NCBI GenBank assembly: GCA_049969675.1
Contig: JBMFOP010000021.1
Span: 1-34,407, forward strand
Source: Myxococcota bacterium
GTDB lineage: Bacteria > Myxococcota > SpSt-1050
Reading direction: 5' to 3'
Length of the DNA: 34,407 nt
Shown: piece after piece, positions 7,810 through 16,260 of the stretch
How the letters are laid out: each line of letters starts with the position of its first letter
Position numbering within the stretch: position 1 is the stretch's first letter
Translations under genes and position numbers: made by a program
The notes under the pieces: model-generated
Told to the model about the DNA's origin: nothing
Seen by the model: the letters and a program-made list of their open reading frames with translations, nothing else
Database searches by the model: none

Positions 7810-10116
7810 TTATTCCTTTAATTTCTCTCTAATCTTTCTTAATAATTCAACTGGTGGGATAGGTTTAAATAGGACATCAATACTCTTGCTGATTCGCTGT
7901 TCAAGAACTTCTTCACTGTATCCACTCATAAAGATAATCTTTATACCGTTTTTCAGCTCGGAGATCCTTTCATACATCTTTACGCCGCTGAGCTCTGGCA
8001 TAACTACATCTGAGAGAATCAAATCAATCTTATCCATATTCTCCTTGAAGAGCACATAACCTATCATACCATTTTCTGCCTCAATCACCTTATAGCCGTA
8101 TCTCTCAAGAATAAATCTAAGGCTGTTCCTTATATCATTATCATCCTCAACCAGAAGTATTGTCTCGCTCCCACCTTCAATAAACTCATCACTCTCAAGT
8201 CCCCCTTCTACTTTATCACCCTCAGAATTATAAGGTATATACAGGTCAAATCTCGTACCTTTGTTAATCCCAGATTCTACAGCAATAAATCCGTTATGCT
8301 GTTTGATAATAGAATAGACTACGGATAGTCCGAGCCCGGTCCCCTTCCCTGCCTCCTTAGTAGTAAAGAATGGATCAAATATCTTTTCCAGATTCTCCTT
8401 TTCAATTCCTTTCCCTGTATCAATCACACTTAAGACAACATATTTACCAGTTACAGCATTATGTGCCTTTGCCTGTTCTTCATCAACCTCTCTGATTGAA
8501 ACCTCTATTGTTAGCTCTCCGCCCTGAGGCATTGCATCACGGGCATTTGTAACGAGATTCATTATAACCTGTTCAATATTTGTAGGGTCTGCCAGAACCA
8601 TAGCACTCTCACTGGAGAATTTGATATTCAGGCGGATATCTTCTCCAATCAATCTCCTCAATAATTTATTAATATTTGCTATTACCTCATTTAAGTCCAA
8701 TGTTCTGAAATTGACCGCCTGCCTTCTGCTGAAGGTCATAAGAATCCTGATGAGTCTGGTACCTCTCTCAATAGCAGAGACTATCTGGTCCAATTTACTC
8801 CTGACATCCTTATTGTTATTAAACTGCATCTGCAAAAGATTTGTATACCCTAAAATTGCCGACATAATATTATTAAAATCGTGAGCAATTCCACCAGAGA
8901 GAAGACCGATCGCCTCCATCTTCTGAGACTGTCTCAATTGATTTTCAAGCCTCTCCTTCTCTTCCTGCTGCCTCCTTATCTGAGATATATGCCCCTCAAT
9001 ACTATCCACCATTTTATTGATATTTTGTGCAAGTCTATCCAGTTCACTGATATTAGAACCGGAGACCCGCTTCTTGAGATCCCCACCAGTTATGACATCT
9101 ATCTCCTGAACCATCTTAGAGAGCGGATGTTCAATCAGATAAGAAATAACATAGGCAATAAAGAGGGAGATAAGAAATAATAAAATGCCATTCAATACAA
9201 CATCCAGAAATGCCTTATTTATCTTATCCTTTATAATTTTAATCTTATATTTTACCTCTACAATCTTGCTTGAATCAGTGGGATATCTGCTGTCATTCAG
9301 ATCCACAAAGATAAAATATTTATCTTCCCCATTTATATCAAATGTGCTCCCTCTTCTCTCATAAAAGAGATTAAAGATTCTCTCTTTGAGCTCTTCTGAC
9401 GGTTTAAAATCTACATTCCCAAATATATGACCATGTCTATCATATACACGAACATATTCCAGCAGAGGGTTAATCTCTTTTATCCTCTCAGAGACCCTCA
9501 TAAAATTATATTCTTCAAGGATCTCTCTGAACTGTAAAAGTTTGCAACCCACTTCAAGTATATATTTATGGTCTGAGGTTGGAAGATATGCAAATATTCT
9601 GTATTGACCTGTCAATGTCTCAACGGTCAATCTATCAAGTACAAATTCATCTCCACTCCTTATTTTATCCAGGTAGCCTGATAGGTCTGGAAATCTCTTA
9701 AAATCCAGCCTCTTATCTATGGAATAAGTAGTCTCAACAATAACATTATGTTCATCTATTATGTAAAAATCCAATCCATCTTTAAATGGATAGTCAAGGT
9801 TCTCTCTAAATCTCCTGAGTTCAATCTCATCTACCCCACCCTTTTCTTCATATTCCTCTCTCAACTTCAATAAGAATTTGTAAAGATTTGGTCTTACAAT
9901 CTCTTCAATAATATGGTAGGCATTATCAACCATCTTGACAGATGTAATAATATTATTATCTGTCAGTCGTCTTACCGATTCGAATTGTTCATATATCTCC
10001 CTCTTCTGTGCCGCATATTGGCTATACTTTAAAATTAAAAGTATCGGAATAAGGAATATCGCAGTAAAAATAAGTATTAAATTCCGTAGTTTTATCCTTT
10101 TTAGAGAAATATTCAT
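7810..10116 (-). CDS. Membrane hybrid sensor histidine kinase/response regulator (TM-periplasmic sensor-TM-HAMP-HisKA-HATPase-REC)
   Basis: H-box [10 protein letters not shown]-box [34 protein letters not shown]; receiver LLVEDD/SDVVMP/MSGY/KP. Likely ATG 10116 after AAGGGG. Confidence 0.93.
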   Translation of the reverse strand: MNISLKRIKLRNLILIFTAIFLIPILLILKYSQYAAQKREIYEQFESVRRLTDNNIITSVKMVDNAYHIIEEIVRPNLYKFLLKLREEYEEKGGVDEIELRRFRENLDYPFKDGLDFYIIDEHNVIVETTYSIDKRLDFKRFPDLSGYLDKIRSGDEFVLDRLTVETLTGQYRIFAYLPTSDHKYILEVGCKLLQFREILEEYNFMRVSERIKEINPLLEYVRVYDRHGHIFGNVDFKPSEELKERIFNLFYERRGSTFDINGEDKYFIFVDLNDSRYPTDSSKIVEVKYKIKIIKDKINKAFLDVVLNGILLFLISLFIAYVISYLIEHPLSKMVQEIDVITGGDLKKRVSGSNISELDRLAQNINKMVDSIEGHISQIRRQQEEKERLENQLRQSQKMEAIGLLSGGIAHDFNNIMSAILGYTNLLQMQFNNNKDVRSKLDQIVSAIERGTRLIRILMTFSRRQAVNFRTLDLNEVIANINKLLRRLIGEDIRLNIKFSSESAMVLADPTNIEQVIMNLVTNARDAMPQGGELTIEVSIREVDEEQAKAHNAVTGKYVVLSVIDTGKGIEKENLEKIFDPFFTTKEAGKGTGLGLSVVYSIIKQHNGFIAVESGINKGTRFDLYIPYNSEGDKVEGGLESDEFIEGGSETILLVEDDNDIRNSLRFILERYGYKVIEAENGMIGYVLFKENMDKIDLILSDVVMPELSGVKMYERISELKNGIKIIFMSGYSEEVLEQRISKSIDVLFKPIPPVELLRKIREKLKE

Positions 10117-10167
10117 TCTTCCCCTTATCAATATCGATGATTAAAATATCTTTTTTACTATTTCAAC

Positions 10168-10204
10168 ATAAAAATATGGAGGGCGTATAGAGGCACCTCC
10201 ATAT
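10168..10204 (-). terminator. Rho-independent terminator after the FadL gene
   Basis: Minus strand ATATGGAGG-tgcctctatacgc-CCTCCATAT followed by TTTTATG. Confidence 0.75.
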
Positions 10205-10230
10205 CATTGAAAATTAAAACAAAAATATTA

Positions 10231-11433
10231 TTATAGTGAACCGGTAAATCCTATAGCAAAAGAATTAACTGCTGCATCGTATGTCCCGGGGAATGGATTC
10301 TTATCTCCCTTTACTGTCCTCTCAAGAATATTTACAAACATATAAGATGCATCAAGTCTGAATTTACCAAATGAATATCCAGCACCTATACAGTAATCAA
10401 TTCTATCATTATCCGGCAGCATTGGGTCGAGGGTCTCATCCGGAATAGATGTCACATCATAAATCAACCCTATCCTGAAATCCCAATTTCTATATTTATA
10501 ATTTGCACCTAATCTAAATTGAGGTGCATCTTCCCATTTCTTCTCCTGAACCTGATTTAGTGATGCGTCCTCAAATTCAAATGTAAGCCTCTTATATGAC
10601 GACCAGTAGATTTCATTTATATCCAGTTCAATCTCAAGATTATCAATTGGTGTGGCTCTGATACCTGCTCCGACTACCTGCGGGAGTATCAATCCGGTCC
10701 TGACATTCTGGTCCTTCATAGTAGCAGCAAAGGGGGTCGGTACATCATCAAAGTCCACTTTTCCATCATCCAGTTTCATAATCACCTGAGACCTGTAATG
10801 TGCACCAGCTCTGAGCCATTTCGTAGGTTCATAAAAGATTCCAACATTATTTCCATACCCTATTGTCTGCCCACCGAGCTTCATCTTTGCAAATACACCG
10901 TCACCAAAGGGAATACCCTGCTGAACAGTGACTGCGCCAAGGACAACATCGAATCCAGCACCTATTGAAAATCCATAGAATGGGCCAATTGCAATTGAGG
11001 GCTGAATTGAATAGCTCTGAAGTTCTGAGCTCTTTACCAGATGATACCCTTCCCATTTATCGGGCCAGCTTATACCAAGTCCATAGACAGCGTATGTCCC
11101 TATACCAACAGAGACCCACCTGTGTGCCTTATATGTCGCAAAGAAGGAAGGAGTTGGGAAGAAGCCAGTATCCGCACCGGTGGTCTTTCTTGAGGACTCA
11201 CCTGTAAACTCTGAATCACTCAGATACATATTGAGGTTGAGAGAGAAATTGAATCCATCAAGTCTTGTAATGGAGGCGGCATTTACAAATACTGCAGCCG
11301 GTTCATTACCAGAGGCAATTGTGGCACCGCCCTGAGCAATACTGGCAGGGCTCACCTCATACAAAAAGAATCCATTTGCAGATGAAAATGCCGGGAAGAG
11401 CAAAATCGCCAATAATATAAATATCTTCTTCAT
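10231..11433 (-). CDS. OmpP1/FadL/TodX-family outer-membrane long-chain fatty acid transporter
   Basis: Signal peptide (FSSA), N-terminal NGFFLYEVSPASIAQGGA...FVNAA hatch motif, amphipathic beta strands, DPMLPDNDR. ATG 11433 follows GAGGAGG. Confidence 0.88.
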   Translation of the reverse strand: MKKIFILLAILLFPAFSSANGFFLYEVSPASIAQGGATIASGNEPAAVFVNAASITRLDGFNFSLNLNMYLSDSEFTGESSRKTTGADTGFFPTPSFFATYKAHRWVSVGIGTYAVYGLGISWPDKWEGYHLVKSSELQSYSIQPSIAIGPFYGFSIGAGFDVVLGAVTVQQGIPFGDGVFAKMKLGGQTIGYGNNVGIFYEPTKWLRAGAHYRSQVIMKLDDGKVDFDDVPTPFAATMKDQNVRTGLILPQVVGAGIRATPIDNLEIELDINEIYWSSYKRLTFEFEDASLNQVQEKKWEDAPQFRLGANYKYRNWDFRIGLIYDVTSIPDETLDPMLPDNDRIDYCIGAGYSFGKFRLDASYMFVNILERTVKGDKNPFPGTYDAAVNSFAIGFTGSL

Positions 11434-11447
11434 AAAAAAACCTCCTC

Positions 11448-12866
11448 TTATTCTGATACTGTGGTGAATGTCCACAACGCAGTTATATTCTTCCTCTCAA
11501 TCTTTGCCGCCTCAATTTTATCAAACAGAGGGGCATATCCCTGTCTTAAAGCCTCTAACTGAATCAGATTCTGAATAAGGAGATTATATGCTGTCTTCCA
11601 GTCATCAGATGTAGCAGCTGCAATATTCTTGTTGGCTGCTTCAGATAACATACCGAGCTTTGATGCCAGAATCAAGACATCTAATGTATTGTCAATGAGA
11701 GGTGAATTTAATGTGTAATTGGTATCATCAACCTTTGTTATGAGCGGACTCTTTGCCCTTAAGATTGAAAAAGTAGAATATGCGCTCGTCTCCACACCAT
11801 TCTTGCTCTTTATGTCATTCGTCGTAAATACAAGATACGATGAGCCCTTATCAAGTAGATTCTTTGGAGTAATCTGTAACTTATACCTATTGTTCTCCTC
11901 TACTACTTCAACCTTTGCAAGATCTACAAAAATGGGCTGACCTCCGGTGAGCTTCATCATCATCACACCCTTTGAGAGAGTGCTCTCATCCAGAGGAAGG
12001 TCATAGTAGATATACGGTTTTACATCTATCGGTGCATTTGCCCTGGTCTTCAAATCAATAGGTTGTGGAAGTACCTGTCCAACACTGGCTGGATTGAAGA
12101 GCGCACGTGAACCTGATTGAATTGAGAAGAATGAGAATGCAACTGACTTTTCACGAATATCGCTCTCTATCGTCTCCACTATAGTAAATAGTTGATTAAA
12201 TACACTCCGTGCCCCTTCAAGAAGAGCCGCCTCTTCATCTGATAGGACCGTGAGCGACTTCTTTGATTCATTTATAAGAGGCTCCTTCTTCTTTAAGAAA
12301 TAATAAACGGGATTTTCAGTAATCTCCTTCCCATCTTTGGTCTTTACATCCTTTGTAACAGAGACCAGATAGTAATGCCCCTGAATAAAATCTGCTGGCA
12401 TTCCACCACTCTTATCATCTGGCTTATTCTTGACAGTAATAAAATATGGTGGTTTATCCGATGGAGACATTGAGAAATTATACAATACATAATAGTCAGC
12501 GGCTGTCTTCCTGGTAACGGACCTGTTGATTGGGTCTATATCAAAGAGTAATACATTCTCTGGTTTAACTGTCGCCTTATCAAGTTCGTACTCAAAGGGG
12601 ATTGTTATAGTCTGAGCCACCAGCCAGCCATCCAGCATGTTGATAAATCCTTTAATCTCTTTAGTAAGATCTGAATCAGCAGGCATAATTGGAAGACTTA
12701 GCCTCTTTGTCTCGGGGTTCTTCAATAAGTCATTCGGAAGAATAATGAGACCCTTCTCCTGATCAAAGGTACTTAAAATTACTGTCGGACTCTCATCTCT
12801 CCCAATTCCCGGGTCACAGGCAAATAAAATTAATACAGACAAACTCAAAAGATACATTCTCTTCAT
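11448..12866 (-). CDS. Lipoprotein with two tandem VolA/Pla-1 lipase N-terminal-like (Ig-like) modules and no hydrolase domain
   Basis: Lipobox LFAC after MKRMYLLSLSVLI (ATG 12866, GAGGAGG); LPNDLL...LDGW...IPF..LD; two internal repeats ending FSFFSIQS and LWTFTTVS; no GHSxG nucleophile motif. Confidence 0.6.
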   Translation of the reverse strand: MKRMYLLSLSVLILFACDPGIGRDESPTVILSTFDQEKGLIILPNDLLKNPETKRLSLPIMPADSDLTKEIKGFINMLDGWLVAQTITIPFEYELDKATVKPENVLLFDIDPINRSVTRKTAADYYVLYNFSMSPSDKPPYFITVKNKPDDKSGGMPADFIQGHYYLVSVTKDVKTKDGKEITENPVYYFLKKKEPLINESKKSLTVLSDEEAALLEGARSVFNQLFTIVETIESDIREKSVAFSFFSIQSGSRALFNPASVGQVLPQPIDLKTRANAPIDVKPYIYYDLPLDESTLSKGVMMMKLTGGQPIFVDLAKVEVVEENNRYKLQITPKNLLDKGSSYLVFTTNDIKSKNGVETSAYSTFSILRAKSPLITKVDDTNYTLNSPLIDNTLDVLILASKLGMLSEAANKNIAAATSDDWKTAYNLLIQNLIQLEALRQGYAPLFDKIEAAKIERKNITALWTFTTVSE

Positions 12867-12903
12867 AAATAATCCTCCTCTTAACAGGTCTCTTAAAGCC
12901 TCA

Positions 12904-12950
12904 TTGATACTAATCATACATTTTTGAATTAGGCAAGAAATATATTTCTT
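12904..12950 (-). promoter_or_regulatory. Candidate promoter/operator of the lipoprotein-FadL operon
   Basis: TTGCCT (12936-12931) with TAGTAT 18 bp downstream; perfect 16-bp palindrome AAGAAATATATTTCTT (12935-12950); TTGAT-N4-ATCAT (12904-12917). Confidence 0.35.
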
Positions 12951-13107
12951 TGCTGTTTGAGATTTAACCATCTTCAACAAGCATATCTCTTGCTCTGAAT
13001 AACCTCCCTTCCTGTTTGGCTGAATTCTTTACTGGTTTATCAGGCAGATTGGATAAATCCACTTCATTTATTTAATGATTTACTCCCTGAATAAAGCCAT
13101 AGAAACA

Positions 13108-14901
13108 TTATTTCTCTTTGCATAACATCTTATTGGTGATACCTGATATATCAACATAGGCATTTGTATTCATTGTCGCTGCACTCGTATCGTAGGACTG
13201 AATATTTAGGTCCTTGACAGGTATATTTGAGGTTGCAACCTTTACCGAAACAGATTTACCAAGACCATCAGGGCAGACCCCCATTGACACACCATCCTTA
13301 TCTGTCTTATATACCACCATCTCCAGAGATGTATCAAATGAATATGATTCGCCAGTCAGGATATAACCTCCATCGCTTACAGAGTAAATAGAATAACACC
13401 TATCTATCTTATCACCTCCATAAGTCTTCTGCCAGATTACATTTCCATAAGAGTCAGCCTTTAATAAAAAACAATCATATTGCCCCGCTCCATAAAACAT
13501 CGTCTCGGCAAGGAGCATAAAATTATTATTGGGGGTTCTGATTAATTGATACGGCCTCTGATTATCTGGACCCCCGTATGTCCTCTGCCAGATTACATTT
13601 CCAGCCTTATCAAATTTCATCAGGAAGACATCCAATCCATTACCTGTAACAGGTATCTCACCAGATAGAATCGCCCCATCATCTATAGTGCTACTTATTG
13701 CATATCCCCTCTCAATATTATCAGAGGAACCTACCTGCTTTCCGACAATTTTACTTCCATCCTGAGCGAGCCTCATAAATATTGCATCATAACATATCTG
13801 ACAACCTGTATTAATCGCACCCGCAATTAATATATCCCCATTGGTAGATATATCCAGATTGAATGCCCCACTATCATTTGTACTTCCAAACTGTTTCTGC
13901 CAGATAAATTCACCATTTTTATCTATCTTAAAGACCCAGATTGCACTGCAGGTAGAACAGGATGCGTTATAAGTGCCAGATATTATATATCCATCAGGGA
14001 CCGCTCTTATGGCGAATAGCCTATCATCATTTGCACCCCCATAACTCCTCTGCCACTTAATATTCCCCGTTGCATCAAAGAGCACAAGCCATATATCATA
14101 TCCACCAGCCCCAAAAGAATTTGAATATCCACCAATGAGATAATCTCCATCTCCATTCTCAACAACAGATACAGCAAAATCATCTTTATCACCACCCAGA
14201 ATCTTTTGCCAGATAGTATTTCCATAGGGGTCTGCTTTATTGATTAGAAAATCTGTATTTCCACTCCCTCTCAGATTTGTGGTTCCTACAATTAAAAAAC
14301 CTTTATCCCTCGTCTCAATGACAGCCCTACCGCTCTCCTGAGCAACCGTTCCATATCTAAATGGCCAATAAAAGTACATCTCGCATCCATTCTTCTTATC
14401 AAAATCTCCATCAATATATGGAGGTATGCATTCATCATAGGTACATATCATATCTTCACATAAGACAGTCTTTACATTCTGCACATTACATTTACTACCG
14501 CATTTCCCACAATTATTCGGGTCTGTGTAGAAGTTTACCTCACAACCATCAGACCAATCCTGATTACAATCATCATATTTTTTCATACATTTACACTGTC
14601 CATCCAGACACTCGGCATTCGCTCCGCAATCGCCACATACCCCACCACACCCATTATCTCCGCACTCCTTACCTTCACAATCAGGTTTACACACATCTGC
14701 TCCCTCATCTGCAATTTGTAATTCTGTAATATCTTCAACATTACCTCCATCTAATTTGATATCCTCAACAAAGACATCTCTTGTTGAGGTATCTCTTATA
14801 TGTTGCAAATTGCCCGACTCATCCCCACTTGAACAATACTGAATTATTAAAGAAAAGAATAAGATTAGAATTGCAAAAACCGTTATTCTTATAGTCTTCA
14901 T
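13108..14901 (-). CDS. Probable lipoprotein with myxobacterial-type Cys-rich repeats and a 7-bladed beta-propeller
   Basis: GGAGG RBS; signal ending IQYC; CKPDCEGKECGDNGCGGVCGDC and DGCE...DPNNCGKCGSKC repeats; seven ~50-aa repeats (WPFRYGT, WQKILGG, WQRSYGG, WQKQFGS, VGKQVGS, WQRTYGG, WQKTYGG). Confidence 0.75.
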   Translation of the reverse strand: MKTIRITVFAILILFFSLIIQYCSSGDESGNLQHIRDTSTRDVFVEDIKLDGGNVEDITELQIADEGADVCKPDCEGKECGDNGCGGVCGDCGANAECLDGQCKCMKKYDDCNQDWSDGCEVNFYTDPNNCGKCGSKCNVQNVKTVLCEDMICTYDECIPPYIDGDFDKKNGCEMYFYWPFRYGTVAQESGRAVIETRDKGFLIVGTTNLRGSGNTDFLINKADPYGNTIWQKILGGDKDDFAVSVVENGDGDYLIGGYSNSFGAGGYDIWLVLFDATGNIKWQRSYGGANDDRLFAIRAVPDGYIISGTYNASCSTCSAIWVFKIDKNGEFIWQKQFGSTNDSGAFNLDISTNGDILIAGAINTGCQICYDAIFMRLAQDGSKIVGKQVGSSDNIERGYAISSTIDDGAILSGEIPVTGNGLDVFLMKFDKAGNVIWQRTYGGPDNQRPYQLIRTPNNNFMLLAETMFYGAGQYDCFLLKADSYGNVIWQKTYGGDKIDRCYSIYSVSDGGYILTGESYSFDTSLEMVVYKTDKDGVSMGVCPDGLGKSVSVKVATSNIPVKDLNIQSYDTSAATMNTNAYVDISGITNKMLCKEK

Positions 14902-15030
14902 AAATCATCCTCCATATAAACATAGTTTATACAAACAGAGTTTAAATTACAAATTTTTATTCAAGTCTTTCAAGGAAAACTTATCAACAGGAAACTTCAT
15001 TAAATCAATCTTTAATATATTATGGCGGAA

Positions 15031-15468
15031 GATATCTGCCCTGAATAATGTTTATGTAAGGAAGTCAAAATAGTGTAAAATTATTTAAACTTCAAACCTT
15101 GAAAGGAATTTGTGGCAATGCTTATGAAAAATCTCCTAACCGCATATGAGGTGAGGCTCCTCTCTTTGAAGGTGGTAAAATATGATAGTGATGGTGGTTT
15201 TTAAGACCCCGATTGAGCTTTCCAATAAGGTTTATCAAAAAGAATTTATGGGAATGGCTCAATAAACCCTTTGAGACCTTACCTATTGTACCAGATGCAG
15301 CCATTGTAGGGGCTAATGATTATTAGCCCTTACTTAAGTTGTCCAGCCTTTTAATTGATTATGAAAAGAATTGGGATAACCTGATTTTGAAAATATGGAT
15401 TTACCCGTCCAGAATCCTTATTTTACATGGCTGAGATTTGTGAGTTTAGATTATTTCGGACATCAGTG
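15031..15468 (+). mobile_element. Internally deleted IS4-like element (copy C) with both ends and a transposase C-terminal remnant
   Basis: Left end GATATCTGCCCTGAATAA (15031) and right end GATTATTTCGGACATCAGTG (15449-15468). The last ~70 bp align without gaps to 34277-34346. 15243-15299 encodes NLWEWLNKPFETLPIVPDA, similar to IS4-family transposase C-termini. Confidence 0.65.
15306..15333. repeat. GTAG-type REP-like palindrome
   Basis: GTAGGGGCTAAT-GATT-ATTAGCCCTTAC: 12-bp arms with one G-T pair, starting with the GTAG tetranucleotide. Confidence 0.55.
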
Positions 15469-15494
15469 ATTTTCTAAAAAGTTTTATATTATTT

Positions 15495-16247
15495 CTATGA
15501 GAGTTTTATCATCAGTAGTTCCTGCCCCATCAGAAGAATATCACTATCGCTTATTATCTCAGAGCCACGTATTTTCAGGTATATACCATTTGCTGAATTA
15601 AGGTCTGTTAAGATAAAGCCAGTTTGCGATTGGGTTATTGAGCAGTGAACGGCTGAAAGAAACTGATCCTGTGGGAATAATATATCTGCCTTCTCTCTCC
15701 CAATTGTGAGAGGGGCGGGCTTGAGATATAGATTTCCCATCTTTTTAGTATTTAAGATCTGTTGCACCATCAGATATTCTTTATCTGGTATAGATGAACC
15801 ATAGAAGGCTGTGGAATCTGGCAATATATAAGGAGAAAGTCTACTCAATAGCCCCAAAAATTTTAGTATCTGTGAACCACAAATAAAGACATCAGAGGGC
15901 CTTATTGCAGCCACACCGGAGACCTTTTTAAAAATACCATTATAAGAACCTGCATCAACAATCTTTAAACCCTCAACAGAATTTTCAATCCTCGCATGAA
16001 TTGGCGAAAGGTATTTATCATTTTCAAAATTTATATCACATCCTCTTCTACCAATGCTGATTGAGAATGCACCTGACTGAGAAAATAGTAGCCCTCTTCC
16101 ACCTTTGTTTATATGAAATATCTGCACATTTTTCACCTGCTCTTCAGCCGATTCCTGAATAGGCGTCATACATCTGACACACATCTTTTCTTCCCACTTA
16201 TTCAGGAATCTGCACTTTGGACAGACAAGACCTAAAACAAAGCCCAT
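15495..16247 (-). CDS. Zinc-ribbon + tandem FHA domain protein
   Basis: CPKC-x10-CVRC; FHA1 IGR...LSPIHA...DAGSYNG; FHA2 IGR...LSAVHC...DLNSANG; AAGGAG RBS. Confidence 0.85.
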   Translation of the reverse strand: MGFVLGLVCPKCRFLNKWEEKMCVRCMTPIQESAEEQVKNVQIFHINKGGRGLLFSQSGAFSISIGRRGCDINFENDKYLSPIHARIENSVEGLKIVDAGSYNGIFKKVSGVAAIRPSDVFICGSQILKFLGLLSRLSPYILPDSTAFYGSSIPDKEYLMVQQILNTKKMGNLYLKPAPLTIGREKADILFPQDQFLSAVHCSITQSQTGFILTDLNSANGIYLKIRGSEIISDSDILLMGQELLMIKLS

Positions 16248-16260
16248 AGTTTACTCCTTA

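Noticed and set aside
11448..12866. Lipase/phospholipase call for the lipoprotein
   Set aside because: No alpha/beta-hydrolase domain or GHSxG motif, and FadL starts 14 bp after the stop, so there is no frameshifted continuation.
15122..15304. 60-aa minus-strand ORF
   Set aside because: Antisense to the IS4 transposase remnant inside element C; no RBS or protein-like features.
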